DNA from: an uncultured Nitrososphaerales archaeon
GTDB taxonomy: Archaea; Thermoproteota; Nitrososphaeria; Nitrososphaerales; Nitrososphaeraceae
Length of the DNA stretch: 64,000 nucleotides
Assembly (NCBI GenBank): GCA_963709405.1
Contig: CAVPXM010000053.1
Span: 96,001-160,000, forward strand
Direction: 5' to 3'
Below, in pieces: positions 1 to 10,275 of this stretch. The notes beneath the pieces were generated by a model that searched no databases, was not told where the DNA came from, and was given only the letters and a program-made list of their open reading frames with translations. Positions within the stretch are counted from its first letter, which is position 1. Every line of letters starts with the position of its first letter. The position numbers and the translations under genes were made by a program.

Positions 1-1349
1 CGATAATTTCCGATCAGATTTATAATCTTTTTATATTCTTCCTTTAAAGTAATTAATGTTTCCGCTAGATTGTCTGCTATCAGTATATGCCACTCATTAC
101 CTATATCCATAACTCTACGTGCCAGAATGATGCCTGGTCCCCAATAATTCTGATTATTTTTTATATCATTCACTGTAAACACAGGTCCAGTACTCAGACC
201 AATGCGTACGATGATAAAGTCTTCGCTATTTTTTTCATAGTTGTACCTATGCAGCTCACGATGAAGCTGGATACTCAGGTGCAATGGCAATTCTGGATTG
301 AATGGAAAGCCTATCACCATCCCGTCACCAGTTGGCAGAATAATTTTCTTATCATCTACCTTAAAAGCATCACACGAAAGGATAAGACTATTTAGTGTCT
401 CTATTTTTTCTCTTTGTTTATTGACAGATAATAACGGGTCGGAAAGCCCAACTATATCTATAAAGAAAAAATTTGCATTTATTGACTCGGTGGGAATCCC
501 TATTCCTGACAGACTAAAATCATACACCTTTACTAATTTTTTATATATTTCCAAGTGGTGACCATGAAAAGGCAGTTCCGTATATATAACCGGTGTCTCA
601 AATATAGGATCTTTACAAAGAAAACATAATGTAAAATTCGAACGCTTACTGAACGAAATGTTACCTTCGTTAGATATATTAAACTTAATCCACACAGGAT
701 CGTGATGTACCCCCTTAATAGAGAGCATCCTCATTCTTCGGACTAGAGCATCTCCGTTATCCTCTAGCTTCATCTCTAATATTCCGTCAAAAATAGAGCT
801 TATGCGATTAGTTTCATATTCATTCGATGATGGTGTAGTTAGTGTGAAAATTGCACATACATTATACGATTTTAAAATAAAGTAGAGCTTTGTAATAAAG
901 GCCTCGATAGCTTTTTCTCCAAATAATGCCAGCATGTGTGTCAGTGAATCACAGATAAATCGAATGTTTTTTGGAGTTTTGGAATCCGTGAAAGCAGAGG
1001 TATTAATTAATTGTCCTCTTTTACCAATCCCCACGTTATCAAGAACTTTAGTCACTTCACTCAGCGTAAAAGATAATTTCTTACTCTCTTCCACATCACT
1101 AAGATAAGGATTAATAAAAGTGGAATATTTGTTGATAATCGACTCTTCAAAATTAGAGAACAAATTTTTGTATTGATCAAGAGTCAAATTAGAACTCAAG
1201 TATATACAATACTCACTACGTGATAAACCCTCAAGCATGAATTCCCTGCAATAAATGCTCTTTCCTGCTCCTGAAGACCCAGTTAACAATAGGACGCTAT
1301 CAGAGATACTCTCCTTGCCTACCAAGTGACTTATGCCGGGGATTTGCAT
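1..1349 (-). CDS. KaiC/RAD55-like ATPase fused to CxxC..HxxH linker and class III nucleotide cyclase domain (3' end outside window)
   Basis: Hand translation from ATG at 1349 is open to base 1 and is missing from the ORF track. It shows Walker A GSSGAGKS, Walker B RFICDS, RRMRMLSIKG, linker CFLC...FHGHH, then FFFIDIVGLS, ILPTGDGM, RIGLSTGPV and NYWGPGIILARRVMD. Confidence 0.88.
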   Translation of the reverse strand, partial: MQIPGISHLVGKESISDSVLLLTGSSGAGKSIYCREFMLEGLSRSEYCIYLSSNLTLDQYKNLFSNFEESIINKYSTFINPYLSDVEESKKLSFTLSEVTKVLDNVGIGKRGQLINTSAFTDSKTPKNIRFICDSLTHMLALFGEKAIEAFITKLYFILKSYNVCAIFTLTTPSSNEYETNRISSIFDGILEMKLEDNGDALVRRMRMLSIKGVHHDPVWIKFNISNEGNISFSKRSNFTLCFLCKDPIFETPVIYTELPFHGHHLEIYKKLVKVYDFSLSGIGIPTESINANFFFIDIVGLSDPLLSVNKQREKIETLNSLILSCDAFKVDDKKIILPTGDGMVIGFPFNPELPLHLSIQLHRELHRYNYEKNSEDFIIVRIGLSTGPVFTVNDIKNNQNYWGPGIILARRVMDIGNEWHILIADNLAETLITLKEEYKKIINLIGNY

Positions 1350-1526
1350 CTCATTGTTAGGGAAAGTAGCCAAATCTATTACTTATGTCTTATTAACAGA
1401 AAATGCATTTATACATCATACTAAAGGATTCGTCAGAGACAATGATTACTCGAATTTTGTAAGTTTATGGGTTAGTGACAAACATCCACATAAAAAAATC
1501 CATCTTCAAGTGAACAAAAATTAGAA

Positions 1527-1688
1527 TCATGGTAAAGAGTCGCCTAGTCCAGGTTTTTCCTTTTCCAATTTCGCGATGTTTCTCGACATGTATTCCATAG
1601 TTCCAGGAATATGACATTTGCAAATGCAATCATTACAGTCTATATGACTACCTCTTTTACAATAGTCAGATAGTCCATTACTCACCAT
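1527..1688 (-). CDS. Small Cys/His-rich putative metal-binding protein (53 aa)
   Basis: MVSNGLSDYCKRGSHIDCNDCICKCHIPGTMEYMSRNIAKLEKEKPGLGDSLP*; below the ORF-track cutoff. Confidence 0.6.
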   Translation of the reverse strand: MVSNGLSDYCKRGSHIDCNDCICKCHIPGTMEYMSRNIAKLEKEKPGLGDSLP

Positions 1689-2010
1689 AAATTAACAATT
1701 CAAATGATAAAGACTTATTTTAGTCTTGCTGTAGCATATTTGGTATTAACCTAATCCACGAATATCAGTCAAAAATGCAATGTAACGAATTACCGAGTAC
1801 CAATCAATACTATCCCCACCACGAGCATAATTACCGTTTTTTAAGTCGAATAAGACTAATCATCACGGTAGAATTAACGAAGCCATAAATACGCAATTGC
1901 CAATTTGAGCATTCGCTGGCGTATCTTGAGGCAGATATCTTTTAAAGCTGCATTATTGACCAGATACATTTTTAACTTGATCGAAAAGTATAATGGATGG
2001 TGTTTAAGAC

Positions 2011-2319
2011 TTAGGCAAAAGAAAAGTACTAACTGAATCTCATCTTAAAGAACTAGTGAAGCCTCAGACTGGTGAATTGCTGGGGCGTGTCATAAAGTTA
2101 GTTGGTGGAGACAATGTCATAGTAAAATGCACAGATGGTAAAGTCAGGACTTGTCGTATCAGAGGAAAAATCAAGAGAAGAATGTGGATACGTGATCACG
2201 ATTTGGTATTAATTGCTCCATGGGATTTCCAGGCAGATAAGGCCGATATTATTTGGAGATATATTATGGCTCACGCAGATAAACTTGAACAAGAGGGCTA
2301 TCTTGCTGGATTAAAATAG
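2011..2319 (+). CDS. eif1a: Translation initiation factor aIF-1A
   Basis: GRVIKLVGG...CRIRGKIKRRMWIR..DLVLIAPWDFQ..KADIIWRY is diagnostic. The frame extends upstream of GTG 2056 to TTA-GGC-AAA-AGA-AAA (xGKRK) at 2011, with an in-frame stop at 2005. Confidence 0.95.
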   Translation, partial: LGKRKVLTESHLKELVKPQTGELLGRVIKLVGGDNVIVKCTDGKVRTCRIRGKIKRRMWIRDHDLVLIAPWDFQADKADIIWRYIMAHADKLEQEGYLAGLK

Positions 2320-2798
2320 ACCATGCAAAATATACTCGAATTATCTACATAATAGATAATGTTCAGTTATGATTTATCAAAGTAATAATCGAGATATGTT
2401 ACTTAAGAGTAAGTTTCGAACGGTTTGGGTATGAATACGATTGCATATTAGCATAAATTTCTAACTTAACTCATATGTTGAATTGAATCACTGAACGACG
2501 ATTAGTTGATAGTTGATCAAGTCAAAATCTTTGAATTGTTATCTGCATCTAATGTTAGACAAGAGCTTTGAGATTGTGCTATAGGCGATGAAAAAGGATT
2601 ACGTGTTTAAATTAAGCCAGTAATATACTTCCGATCTCTACTCAAAGGATAAACCTGAATTGCTGTGTGCTAACTTCATAATCAGAGGTACCAAAATTTT
2701 GTAATTCATTCATTCAAAATATTATGGTATTTTTGGACAATCTACCATTGGATCAAAATACAATTGAGTCGATATATTGTATCTTCGGTAAATCAAAC

Positions 2799-2972
2799 TC
2801 AAAGTTCATCAATTGGATATTTGGATAAACATGCGGCACATTCGTAGATCTCCTTCCCAACCGGCCCCGATACGTTGAATTTGACAACGGTAGTACATTT
2901 AGGACATCTCCCCTGAACACTACGACTCTTTGTCTGCGGCCTTAAAAGTTTCCGTCTTCTTCTTCCTCCCAT
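2799..2972 (-). CDS. Basic N-terminus Zn-ribbon microprotein (57 aa), Elf1-like
   Basis: MGGRRRRKLLRPQTKSRSVQGRCPKC...YECAACLSKYPIDEL*, with two CxxC pairs. Confidence 0.75.
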   Translation of the reverse strand: MGGRRRRKLLRPQTKSRSVQGRCPKCTTVVKFNVSGPVGKEIYECAACLSKYPIDEL

Positions 2973-3358
2973 TATTTATATCGTAAATGTTGACACGCAT
3001 TGGACATTTTTACCTATCTAAGTACGTTTAGGCTCCTTTCTTGATGTTATAGATTGTCTCATTAATGACTGTCGGTTTTAACTTGATGAGCTGAATTTGA
3101 TTGCCACTATTAGGTTAAATGTATCCACTTATTGGTCCCGATACATCATATCCGTGGTTCATATCTATACTACAGAGTCACTGATATTATTAATATCTGT
3201 TCAAGATATCTCATAGACCTGGTTCATGATTATCTCCGCAAGTTGAGAGCGGACAAGACAATGCCTCATATTCACTACAAAAGCGATCCTCGATTAATAT
3301 TCAATATTAGTACGATTTAGAATTAATTATATTTTAGGTCATTATACCGGCAGCAAAA

Positions 3359-4000
3359 CTATCGAGATACAAGTTTGATATTGTGCAGATACAGAGGGAG
3401 GTCACTGACAAACGAAATAAAATTACGAATAGGTACGACTGGGATTTGTTCTATTATTTTTATGGTCATCGGATAAAGAGTCAATATTACTGGAATTGCT
3501 CCAGAAATGTTTTCTCTATTAGACAAAAATATAGAAGCCCTATGAATTTGCTTCTTTGCATATAATGATATTGATTTTAAATCATTTCGTCGCCAATGCT
3601 TACAATCAATTAAAACGGCGAGTTTGGAAACGAGGTCAGTTCCGACGACATCAATCTCGATCCTACGAGGTTCATTAAAGCGTAAATTAGACTCAGTTAC
3701 ATACCCTGACAAATTAAGAATTTCAGAAGCGAACATCTCAAAATCCCTCCAAGATAATAATTTCGATATAAATTCAACATCGTTCCCATTTTTTAATGCA
3801 AGAACTGCAAGTTTGATTCTATCCGAATTAGAGAATAAATAGCGGTCTTGAAAGGCATAGCCTATCCCATTATCAAACAAATATTCTATGACTTGTTTAC
3901 ATGTTGATTGACTGACCATACCCAATCTAGTTTGAAAATCTCTCGAACTGATCTCTGGTAAGATTGCAGGTATCGCTTTAACTAATAATAAAGGATCCAC
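3359..4000 (-). CDS. Mrr-like PD-(D/E)xK restriction-endonuclease-fold protein
   Basis: LSWRDFE, EIDVVG and IDCKHW motifs. Confidence 0.75.
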   Translation of the reverse strand: MDPLLLVKAIPAILPEISSRDFQTRLGMVSQSTCKQVIEYLFDNGIGYAFQDRYLFSNSDRIKLAVLALKNGNDVEFISKLLSWRDFEMFASEILNLSGYVTESNLRFNEPRRIEIDVVGTDLVSKLAVLIDCKHWRRNDLKSISLYAKKQIHRASIFLSNRENISGAIPVILTLYPMTIKIIEQIPVVPIRNFISFVSDLPLYLHNIKLVSR

Positions 4001-4654
4001 GTTATGAGATCGATGTTCAAATATTTGAATTAGGCTGGAATAGTTTGTGATCCTTTCTTGGTTATTTGCTTGGTTTTAGTAACTAATATTGTTTCCAGCA
4101 CAATAGGCTGATACATTTAAGAGTGTTCGGATCTGTCAGACTCAAATTGTTAATCTAATGCAATGGTGGGTAAGAATTCGTAATAAGGTTGAGTTAGTGA
4201 CGATGAAGATCGTCATGTGGAAAGAGCTGCCTTTGATTCAGAAACGGACGATTTTTGGCGGTTATTTGACATGCGAGAGGGCATTTGAAATTTGCCACGA
4301 GATGTTTTAAATCAGAAGGTATGTTATGTCATAATTAGTAAGTCTCGTTTTTTTGGATGAATCGAGTCATCTTTAAGGCAATGTTTCTTATTGCATATCG
4401 TTTCTTAAGCAAGAATGGTCATGATTGATTCAATTCCTGAAGAATATAATATAATAAACTAGTCAGTTAGTAAAAATCAGAATCAAAAATCTTTGATAGC
4501 ATTCCGGTCGAATCATAACATTGCATTGCAATAAATTGCCGCGATCGTTTCGAGATATAGACCTTGGAAAGATCATGTTGTCAGGTTAGAATCACTTCCT
4601 TATCACAATATTTTTTAGGAAGAGCGAGCATCTATATCTACAGACTTTCTTAGA

Positions 4655-4906
4655 TTGTCTGCAATTAACAATAAAAAAGACAGAAAAGGAACGGAGGTAG
4701 ATAAGGTTAACTGCAACATTTGCGATGTGCAGTTGGAGATCTTAGACTTAGAACATCATTTAGCTTCCCCATTACATTTAGGAAACCGAGATCATTTAGA
4801 CACAAAATTCGATAGTATCACAAGTTCAACAGCTCCAATACAACAATCTGTCTTAGGTAAGTGGTTACAATCGATATCGAAAAAGGAATCTGAATCAAAA
4901 ATATAG
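4655..4906 (+). CDS. Small C2H2 (U1-type-like) zinc-finger protein
   Basis: CNIC-x9-HHLASPLH pattern. Confidence 0.6.
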   Translation: MSAINNKKDRKGTEVDKVNCNICDVQLEILDLEHHLASPLHLGNRDHLDTKFDSITSSTAPIQQSVLGKWLQSISKKESESKI

Positions 4907-5015
4907 ATGTCTCGATTTCAAATATCCAGTTCGTTCAATATCAGTCCCATTGTTCAAAATATATCATTACTAATACCTCGGAAATCATTTTTTATCTTGT
5001 TTATTAAGTAGGTAG

Positions 5016-5276
5016 TTACTGCGCAAAGTTAGGAGCTGTCTGTGAACGTATATCAATGTAAATCTCCAAATAGACCATTCCCTTCAAGGTGGTTAGGTAT
5101 GTTTTATCGGCAGGCTTGTAGGAGATCAATTCATAATCTAGTAAAGTATGGAGATACTTTTTTAGATCGGCCGTTGATAGTGACGTTCTGGAAATCATTG
5201 CCGATGAATCAATTCCTACGCTAGCTGCTTCTAAAATCAACTCCACTATGTCGCTAGGGTTTCCAAATGGCATCAC
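5016..5276 (-). CDS. Winged helix-turn-helix protein (HTH_45-like)
   Basis: DIVELILE...LKKYLHTLLDYELI..YLTTLKGMVYL pattern. Confidence 0.75.
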   Translation of the reverse strand: MMPFGNPSDIVELILEAASVGIDSSAMISRTSLSTADLKKYLHTLLDYELISYKPADKTYLTTLKGMVYLEIYIDIRSQTAPNFAQ

Positions 5277-5753
5277 GAATTCAAATACTAAATCTAGACA
5301 TGATATTTATGAAAAGCTCTTACAAATTCTTATTCTAATGTCAGATTCTATCAAGCATTACTCTTGTCCTACTAGTTCATGAATAACATTTTGACGGTAT
5401 ATTTCGAGGATTTAATAGTCACAGTCTGAGACATAGTGTAATCCAACTAGAATTTGATCTGATCAAGGTAGTTCGGGCCAGGCAAAATTGTGTTCGCATA
5501 TATTGGAACCAGTCTGAACTCAGACTATAATTGGCAATCCCAATTATAGTAGTGATCTATAAAAAATAATACACACATATTTTACTAAACACAGATACAT
5601 GTGTTTATTTTGTTAGTTCCTTCGATACTTGTCTATCCAGTAAAAGAAGCTTAATAAACTCATGGATTTATCTAACTCCAATTATGTCAGAGGTATTCCC
5701 CATGTACAATTAACTCAAATCCACTAATAATATATCAACAGAATAACACAGTA

Positions 5754-6911
5754 TTGATATCTAAAAGCAGACGATCCTTATTTACTCTAGCCTTGTTATT
5801 ACTGGCTGTATTTATATGTAGCTTTTTAGCATATAATAATGTACTAGCAGACGACAACAAGAAAATTTCAATACAATGTGCTGCTAGTGAACCATGTTTG
5901 AATGGAATCTGTATAGGTAACTCATGTCTACCCATGAAGCATTATGAATATGGGAGTTATGCATTGCCTAATATTAAAAAATCGAGTGATATCGTAGATG
6001 CTTCGAAAGATATTGAACATGTTAGATCTACCGTGAACTCTTCTAGTATGTATCAGGATACAAATCATGACGATATATGTACTAAATCTCCTATCTTAAC
6101 AATAACTGATAATGCAGGCGAAAAAAGCAGTGTGAATACTGATATCACAAAGATAATGGACGAAAATTTGAACACCAAATGGTCATTGAAAGGAGCCGGA
6201 TCATATCTTCAAATGGATTTAGGTCAAATTAAGAAGATTTGTAGCATAGATATTAGTTGGTACAAGGGAGATAAGGGAACATATCACTTTGTGATATCTA
6301 CGTCGCTAGATGGCGTTGCATTCACGAACATTTTGAAAGGCACAAGCGACGGTACTAGCATATCACCAGAAAAATACCCGATCGTAAAAGATATACAAGG
6401 CAGATATATCAGACTCGCTGCTTCAAGGAACTCGGATATGTCTGGTGTGTCTGAGGTCGGAATATATACATCAAGTGCTAAAAGCATTAATTTATCAACG
6501 ACTCAATCATATCAACATATGGTAAGCTTAGGCAATCCGTTACAAGTAACTAATAGGTCCCAACAGATCTCGCCTAGTCAGTATATAAAGCTCATATCTC
6601 CATTGTTAGAAACGAATCACTCACCAGTAGTTAGCGATAAGAATGTTGAGGTTACATCATCAGTATCAGCTCTTCAAATTAGCTTGGCAGGAAAGGACAT
6701 AGACAAGACAGACATCATAAAATTCTCAATAGTAGACTTACCGAGCCACGGGATTTTGAAACAAGGGTCAACCCCAAATAGTGTAACATATACTCCAATG
6801 GCTGGCTTCACAGGCATGGATAGTTTCACATATGATGCAATCGACAACCACGGTGGGGAAAGTGTAAAAGGCAGAGTTAACATTTTAATAAGCGATAAGT
6901 ATCCGTTATAG
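5754..6911 (+). CDS. Secreted discoidin (F5/8 type C) + Big_9 Ig-like domain protein
   Basis: Signal peptide; DENLNTKWS..LQMDLG..ISWYKG..GRYIRL discoidin core; NHSPV..GKDID..LPSHG..YTPMAGFTGMDSFTY Big_9 repeat. Confidence 0.8.
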   Translation: MISKSRRSLFTLALLLLAVFICSFLAYNNVLADDNKKISIQCAASEPCLNGICIGNSCLPMKHYEYGSYALPNIKKSSDIVDASKDIEHVRSTVNSSSMYQDTNHDDICTKSPILTITDNAGEKSSVNTDITKIMDENLNTKWSLKGAGSYLQMDLGQIKKICSIDISWYKGDKGTYHFVISTSLDGVAFTNILKGTSDGTSISPEKYPIVKDIQGRYIRLAASRNSDMSGVSEVGIYTSSAKSINLSTTQSYQHMVSLGNPLQVTNRSQQISPSQYIKLISPLLETNHSPVVSDKNVEVTSSVSALQISLAGKDIDKTDIIKFSIVDLPSHGILKQGSTPNSVTYTPMAGFTGMDSFTYDAIDNHGGESVKGRVNILISDKYPL

Positions 6912-7681
6912 AAATTATGTTACTTTTAGCATCATATACGGTCACTCGATAAAACAGCTCAATTCGTAGAGAAGTTATAGACCTGGCCTACTAAAGGATC
7001 ATACAGGTAGATATTCGTAATCTGATAAATTCTTCAACTTACAAATATGTACCAGAGATAAGTGTTGGGTATTGGAGATTTAAGAACAAATTCAAAAAAA
7101 ATTTTACTCGCAATTTTGTCTACCATAATGAATGAAAAATCATGCTAAAATATTATATCTCATTATCCGGAGAATACAGTTGAACATTCAGATTTACTAT
7201 GTGTATGACAATCCTAAATAAATGCCAAGTACAAAAATACTTCCATATCGTAGCTTAAATTTGGGTAAAACTAATTAACTCTATAACAATCAAGAGTAAC
7301 CATGGACGTATTAATTTTAGTTTGTTAATTCTTAAGCTTTTTAACATAAGCAGCACAAAACTCTATTCATATATATCCCGAAGATTAATTCTAGAAATAC
7401 TTGATATTGAATTCATAATAGTATCTACCTCAGGCTATCGCTCAAGATGTCTCGTTCAGGATGATATTACACCAAAAGGCATCTTTCTTGTTGGTATGGT
7501 TGCACAGACAAGTGCAAGATCATTCGCATGGTATCATTATATTTCCAGAATGATAATATTAAAACACCAAAAAAATGTATTTGACAGTGAAATATCCCAA
7601 TTTGATCACGATCAATGCATTAGATAACTTTGTTAAACAGTATCTAAATAAGGAGGGTGCAGTAAATATGATGTACTACTA

Positions 7682-8122
7682 ATGAAAGAGGGGGATTATG
7701 AAGATGAGGATGATAATGTTGAGGATACGGATTTACCTAACGTATCTTTATCTCGTCAGCATGTGCTCTCTGTATTAGATAGTTTCATAGAGCAAATCTT
7801 GCATATAAGAAGAACTTTGCTCGGTGTATCTATTTCTTCTTTAATATTAGCTCCACTTGCAATAGGTCTCTCGGTATTCTTATTACGACATCCTTCTTTT
7901 TTTGTAATTTTAGAGATAGAGAACGAATTTGGTCTAATACTCAGCATATTGCTCGGATCAGTCATTGTTATTTCGTCTTTATGGCTGATCGCAGGCATTA
8001 GACAGTATCGGTCGGTAGGTTCTTGGAACAAGAAATACGCAGCATATCAACAGGATAAGCAAGAACTCGACAAGAAGATTGCCTCGCAGTTTATTTTAGA
8101 CAAGAATGATAACAAGTCGTAA
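7682..8122 (+). CDS. Hypothetical membrane protein (2 TM)
   Basis: Two hydrophobic segments, an acidic N-terminus and an upstream GGAGG. Confidence 0.75.
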   Translation: MKEGDYEDEDDNVEDTDLPNVSLSRQHVLSVLDSFIEQILHIRRTLLGVSISSLILAPLAIGLSVFLLRHPSFFVILEIENEFGLILSILLGSVIVISSLWLIAGIRQYRSVGSWNKKYAAYQQDKQELDKKIASQFILDKNDNKS

Positions 8123-8262
8123 TTTCGAGGTGAATATTGTATAGCTCTTACTCACCAATTCAAAAAGCTGTCGAAATTATATTGAAAACAATTAGGATGA
8201 GTTTTCTGTTTGTTTCTTATTTTTTCTCGTTGATGGAAATACTTGTCTTTGGTTCTTTATCA

Positions 8263-8559
8263 CTAGTCCTTTCTTCTAGGGAACATTTTTTCATATGGTT
8301 CCAATATCGTTCTAGAAAATTCAATTCCCTTCTCAGTGGGCTTATAAATAGTAATTAGTCGTTTATTGGACCTGATTTCCCTCTTAATAATCAATCCATT
8401 TAGCATCAGGTCATCAAGAATGAATTTATGCTTTGTAAGGTTTAATCCACAAAAACTAATCAGTGCAGTCTGGTTCATTTCACCATATTCCACAAGTTTT
8501 AGTATCAAGTCTTTGACAATGTATATCCTGTCTCTATATGACGATTGGGAACCAGCCAT
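8263..8559 (-). CDS. Winged helix-turn-helix protein (HTH_45-like)
   Basis: YRDRIYIVKDLI..MNQTALISFCGLN..YKPTEKG. Confidence 0.8.
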   Translation of the reverse strand: MAGSQSSYRDRIYIVKDLILKLVEYGEMNQTALISFCGLNLTKHKFILDDLMLNGLIIKREIRSNKRLITIYKPTEKGIEFSRTILEPYEKMFPRRKD

Positions 8560-8877
8560 CGGAAATTAACTTACTCTCTTAGTTATCAGCTGATAGTTTT
8601 GTATGTCATAATAATAACCTAACTCCATGAATAACCGAAAAATGTAGTCCATCATTGTTTTATAGGAGTCATTCCCAAGAATCAGGAATACCCAAGAGAA
8701 GCGATCATAGCTTAGGTATTTGAAGATAATCTTAGTTCTTGGTTCATATCTTTGAAAAACGTCTCATTTGAACCTAATGATTTAGATGATTATAATGACT
8801 GAAAGTTCCGTTTGAAATTATTTCGTATTCGGTGGATCTTCTCCTATCAGGGGCTTAATGAGTAGCTGTAACCTTGG

Positions 8878-9750
8878 TCAGCCTAGACATTCACAAAAAT
8901 CGACAATTTCATTAACTGTGCGTGTTGGGCTTGGCGAAAAGATAGTGATAGGGTCTCGAAACCATCTATTTGCTGCGAGATAAAAGCTATGTAACAGTAC
9001 CGTTATCGATTTCTCTGGTTCTGCTACCTATAGCTTCAGGTGTTTTTATATGAAATGATGAGAAATGACATTTTTGGTGTATTCCGATTTTTAATTGCTT
9101 TTTGTCAAGTCTAAAAAAGAATAACTCCTACGTTTTCTCATCAAATTTATAATATCAGGATACTTGCCCAAGTGTTGACGAAAGTCTTTCATTAAATCAG
9201 CTAATTCTTTTGGATCTGTGGGTATATCCAGTTTTTTGTTAACTATGGCTTAGTTTGTTCTCTTCCAGCAACTCTTCTTTCTCTATCTCCAAATCGACTA
9301 CCTTTTGTACTATTTCGTTCAATATTTCCTTTTTTTGTGAAACATATTCAGGTAAACCGTCGATAGTGACGTCCAGATTATTGGAAATATCAGATACATT
9401 ACTTATAAGATTAATAAATTCGTGGACTTTCAGACTACGCTTGAAACAATGGACCTCAATTTTTTCGATAAATGATTCTATTTGTTCTTCATTTAAGCTG
9501 TTATCTTCCGATATCTTTCAAAGCCTGATTGAAGAGGCTAGAAAATTTAGATCTAAACCTTTATTTTTAATTATGAAAGCAACTTGTCTTAATAAATCAA
9601 AATCCTGATCGTTCTGTTTGCATTCTTTAATTATCGAACTCACCGTCCCTGCCCCTATCTCTACTTCCCTAGCGATTTGATCTCTGGAATGACCCTTAAG
9701 CCAACGTCTAATGACTTCCTTTCTTATCGAAAGAGGTGTTTGGCACCCAT
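8878..9750 (-). pseudogene. Degraded N-terminal HTH + coiled-coil protein
   Basis: Reconstructed MGAK/PLSIRKEVIRRWLKGHSRDQIAREVEIGAGTVSSIIKEC... with a frameshift near 9740, an in-frame TGA near 9518 and further stops. GGAG and TTATAAA lie upstream. The 3' limit is approximate. Confidence 0.75.
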
Positions 9751-9867
9751 ACTCCTATCCCCAGGTAATTTACAAAATTCCAGTTTATAATAGATTGAAA
9801 ATTTCTGTTGTAAATGAATGGATTTTGCACCCACCCATTTTACGAGTAAACGGTCATCTGAAGATAA

Positions 9868-9944
9868 TTTGACGAGCAAATGACGAAAATCCGACGCCTA
9901 CCTGACGGTAATTCGACAATATTTTGACGGTAAAATGACGATAC
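9868..9944. repeat. Array of seven 11-bp phased GAC(G) repeats
   Basis: GAC at 9871, 9882, 9893, 9904, 9915, 9926 and 9937, an exact 11-bp period. Confidence 0.85.
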
Positions 9945-10275
9945 TAAAAAAGCTTTGACCGTATAGATGGTTTCTACACAGCCTAATGATATATTAATTC
10001 TAATATACATACCTTAAATTATTCATGTTACATCAGGTTTAGTTGTGGTGATATCACTAAATTTACTACTCTAGTATTTTCATATAGATGCTAAAAGCAG
10101 AGCCTACAAAATTAGGGCTTATTTTATCAACACAATATTCCGATGTCTCATAACAAGGTAATGCAATTCATCTAACGAGCCGATTTGAGATAGAGAAAAT
10201 TGTAAGAGACTAGTTCTTACGCTTCACACGATATAAACAGTAGTGACGCTCGAGATAAATATTGACTCAAATGAT

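Noticed and set aside
87-561. Plus-strand ORFs 87-395 and 298-561
   Set aside because: Antisense shadows of the KaiC-cyclase gene.
4198-4215. TGACGAT-N4-ATCGTCA inverted repeat (and CATCGTC-T-GACGATG at 50309-50323) sharing GACG with the 11-bp array
   Set aside because: 7-bp inverted repeats are expected by chance in 64 kb, and the two have opposite polarity.
7322-7627. 101-aa ORF (also 48619-48963, 13059-13307 and 34243-34491)
   Set aside because: Composition typical of random AT-rich frames, with no recognisable motif or translation signals.
9255-9608. 117-aa plus-strand Ser/Phe-rich ORF
   Set aside because: Antisense of the HTH/coiled-coil pseudogene. The same applies to many short antisense ORFs inside smc, guaB, ths, mqnC and others.
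9868-9944. CRISPR array or mini-array
   Set aside because: The period is only 11 bp with a 3-4 bp core. There are no 23-47 bp repeats or unique spacers.
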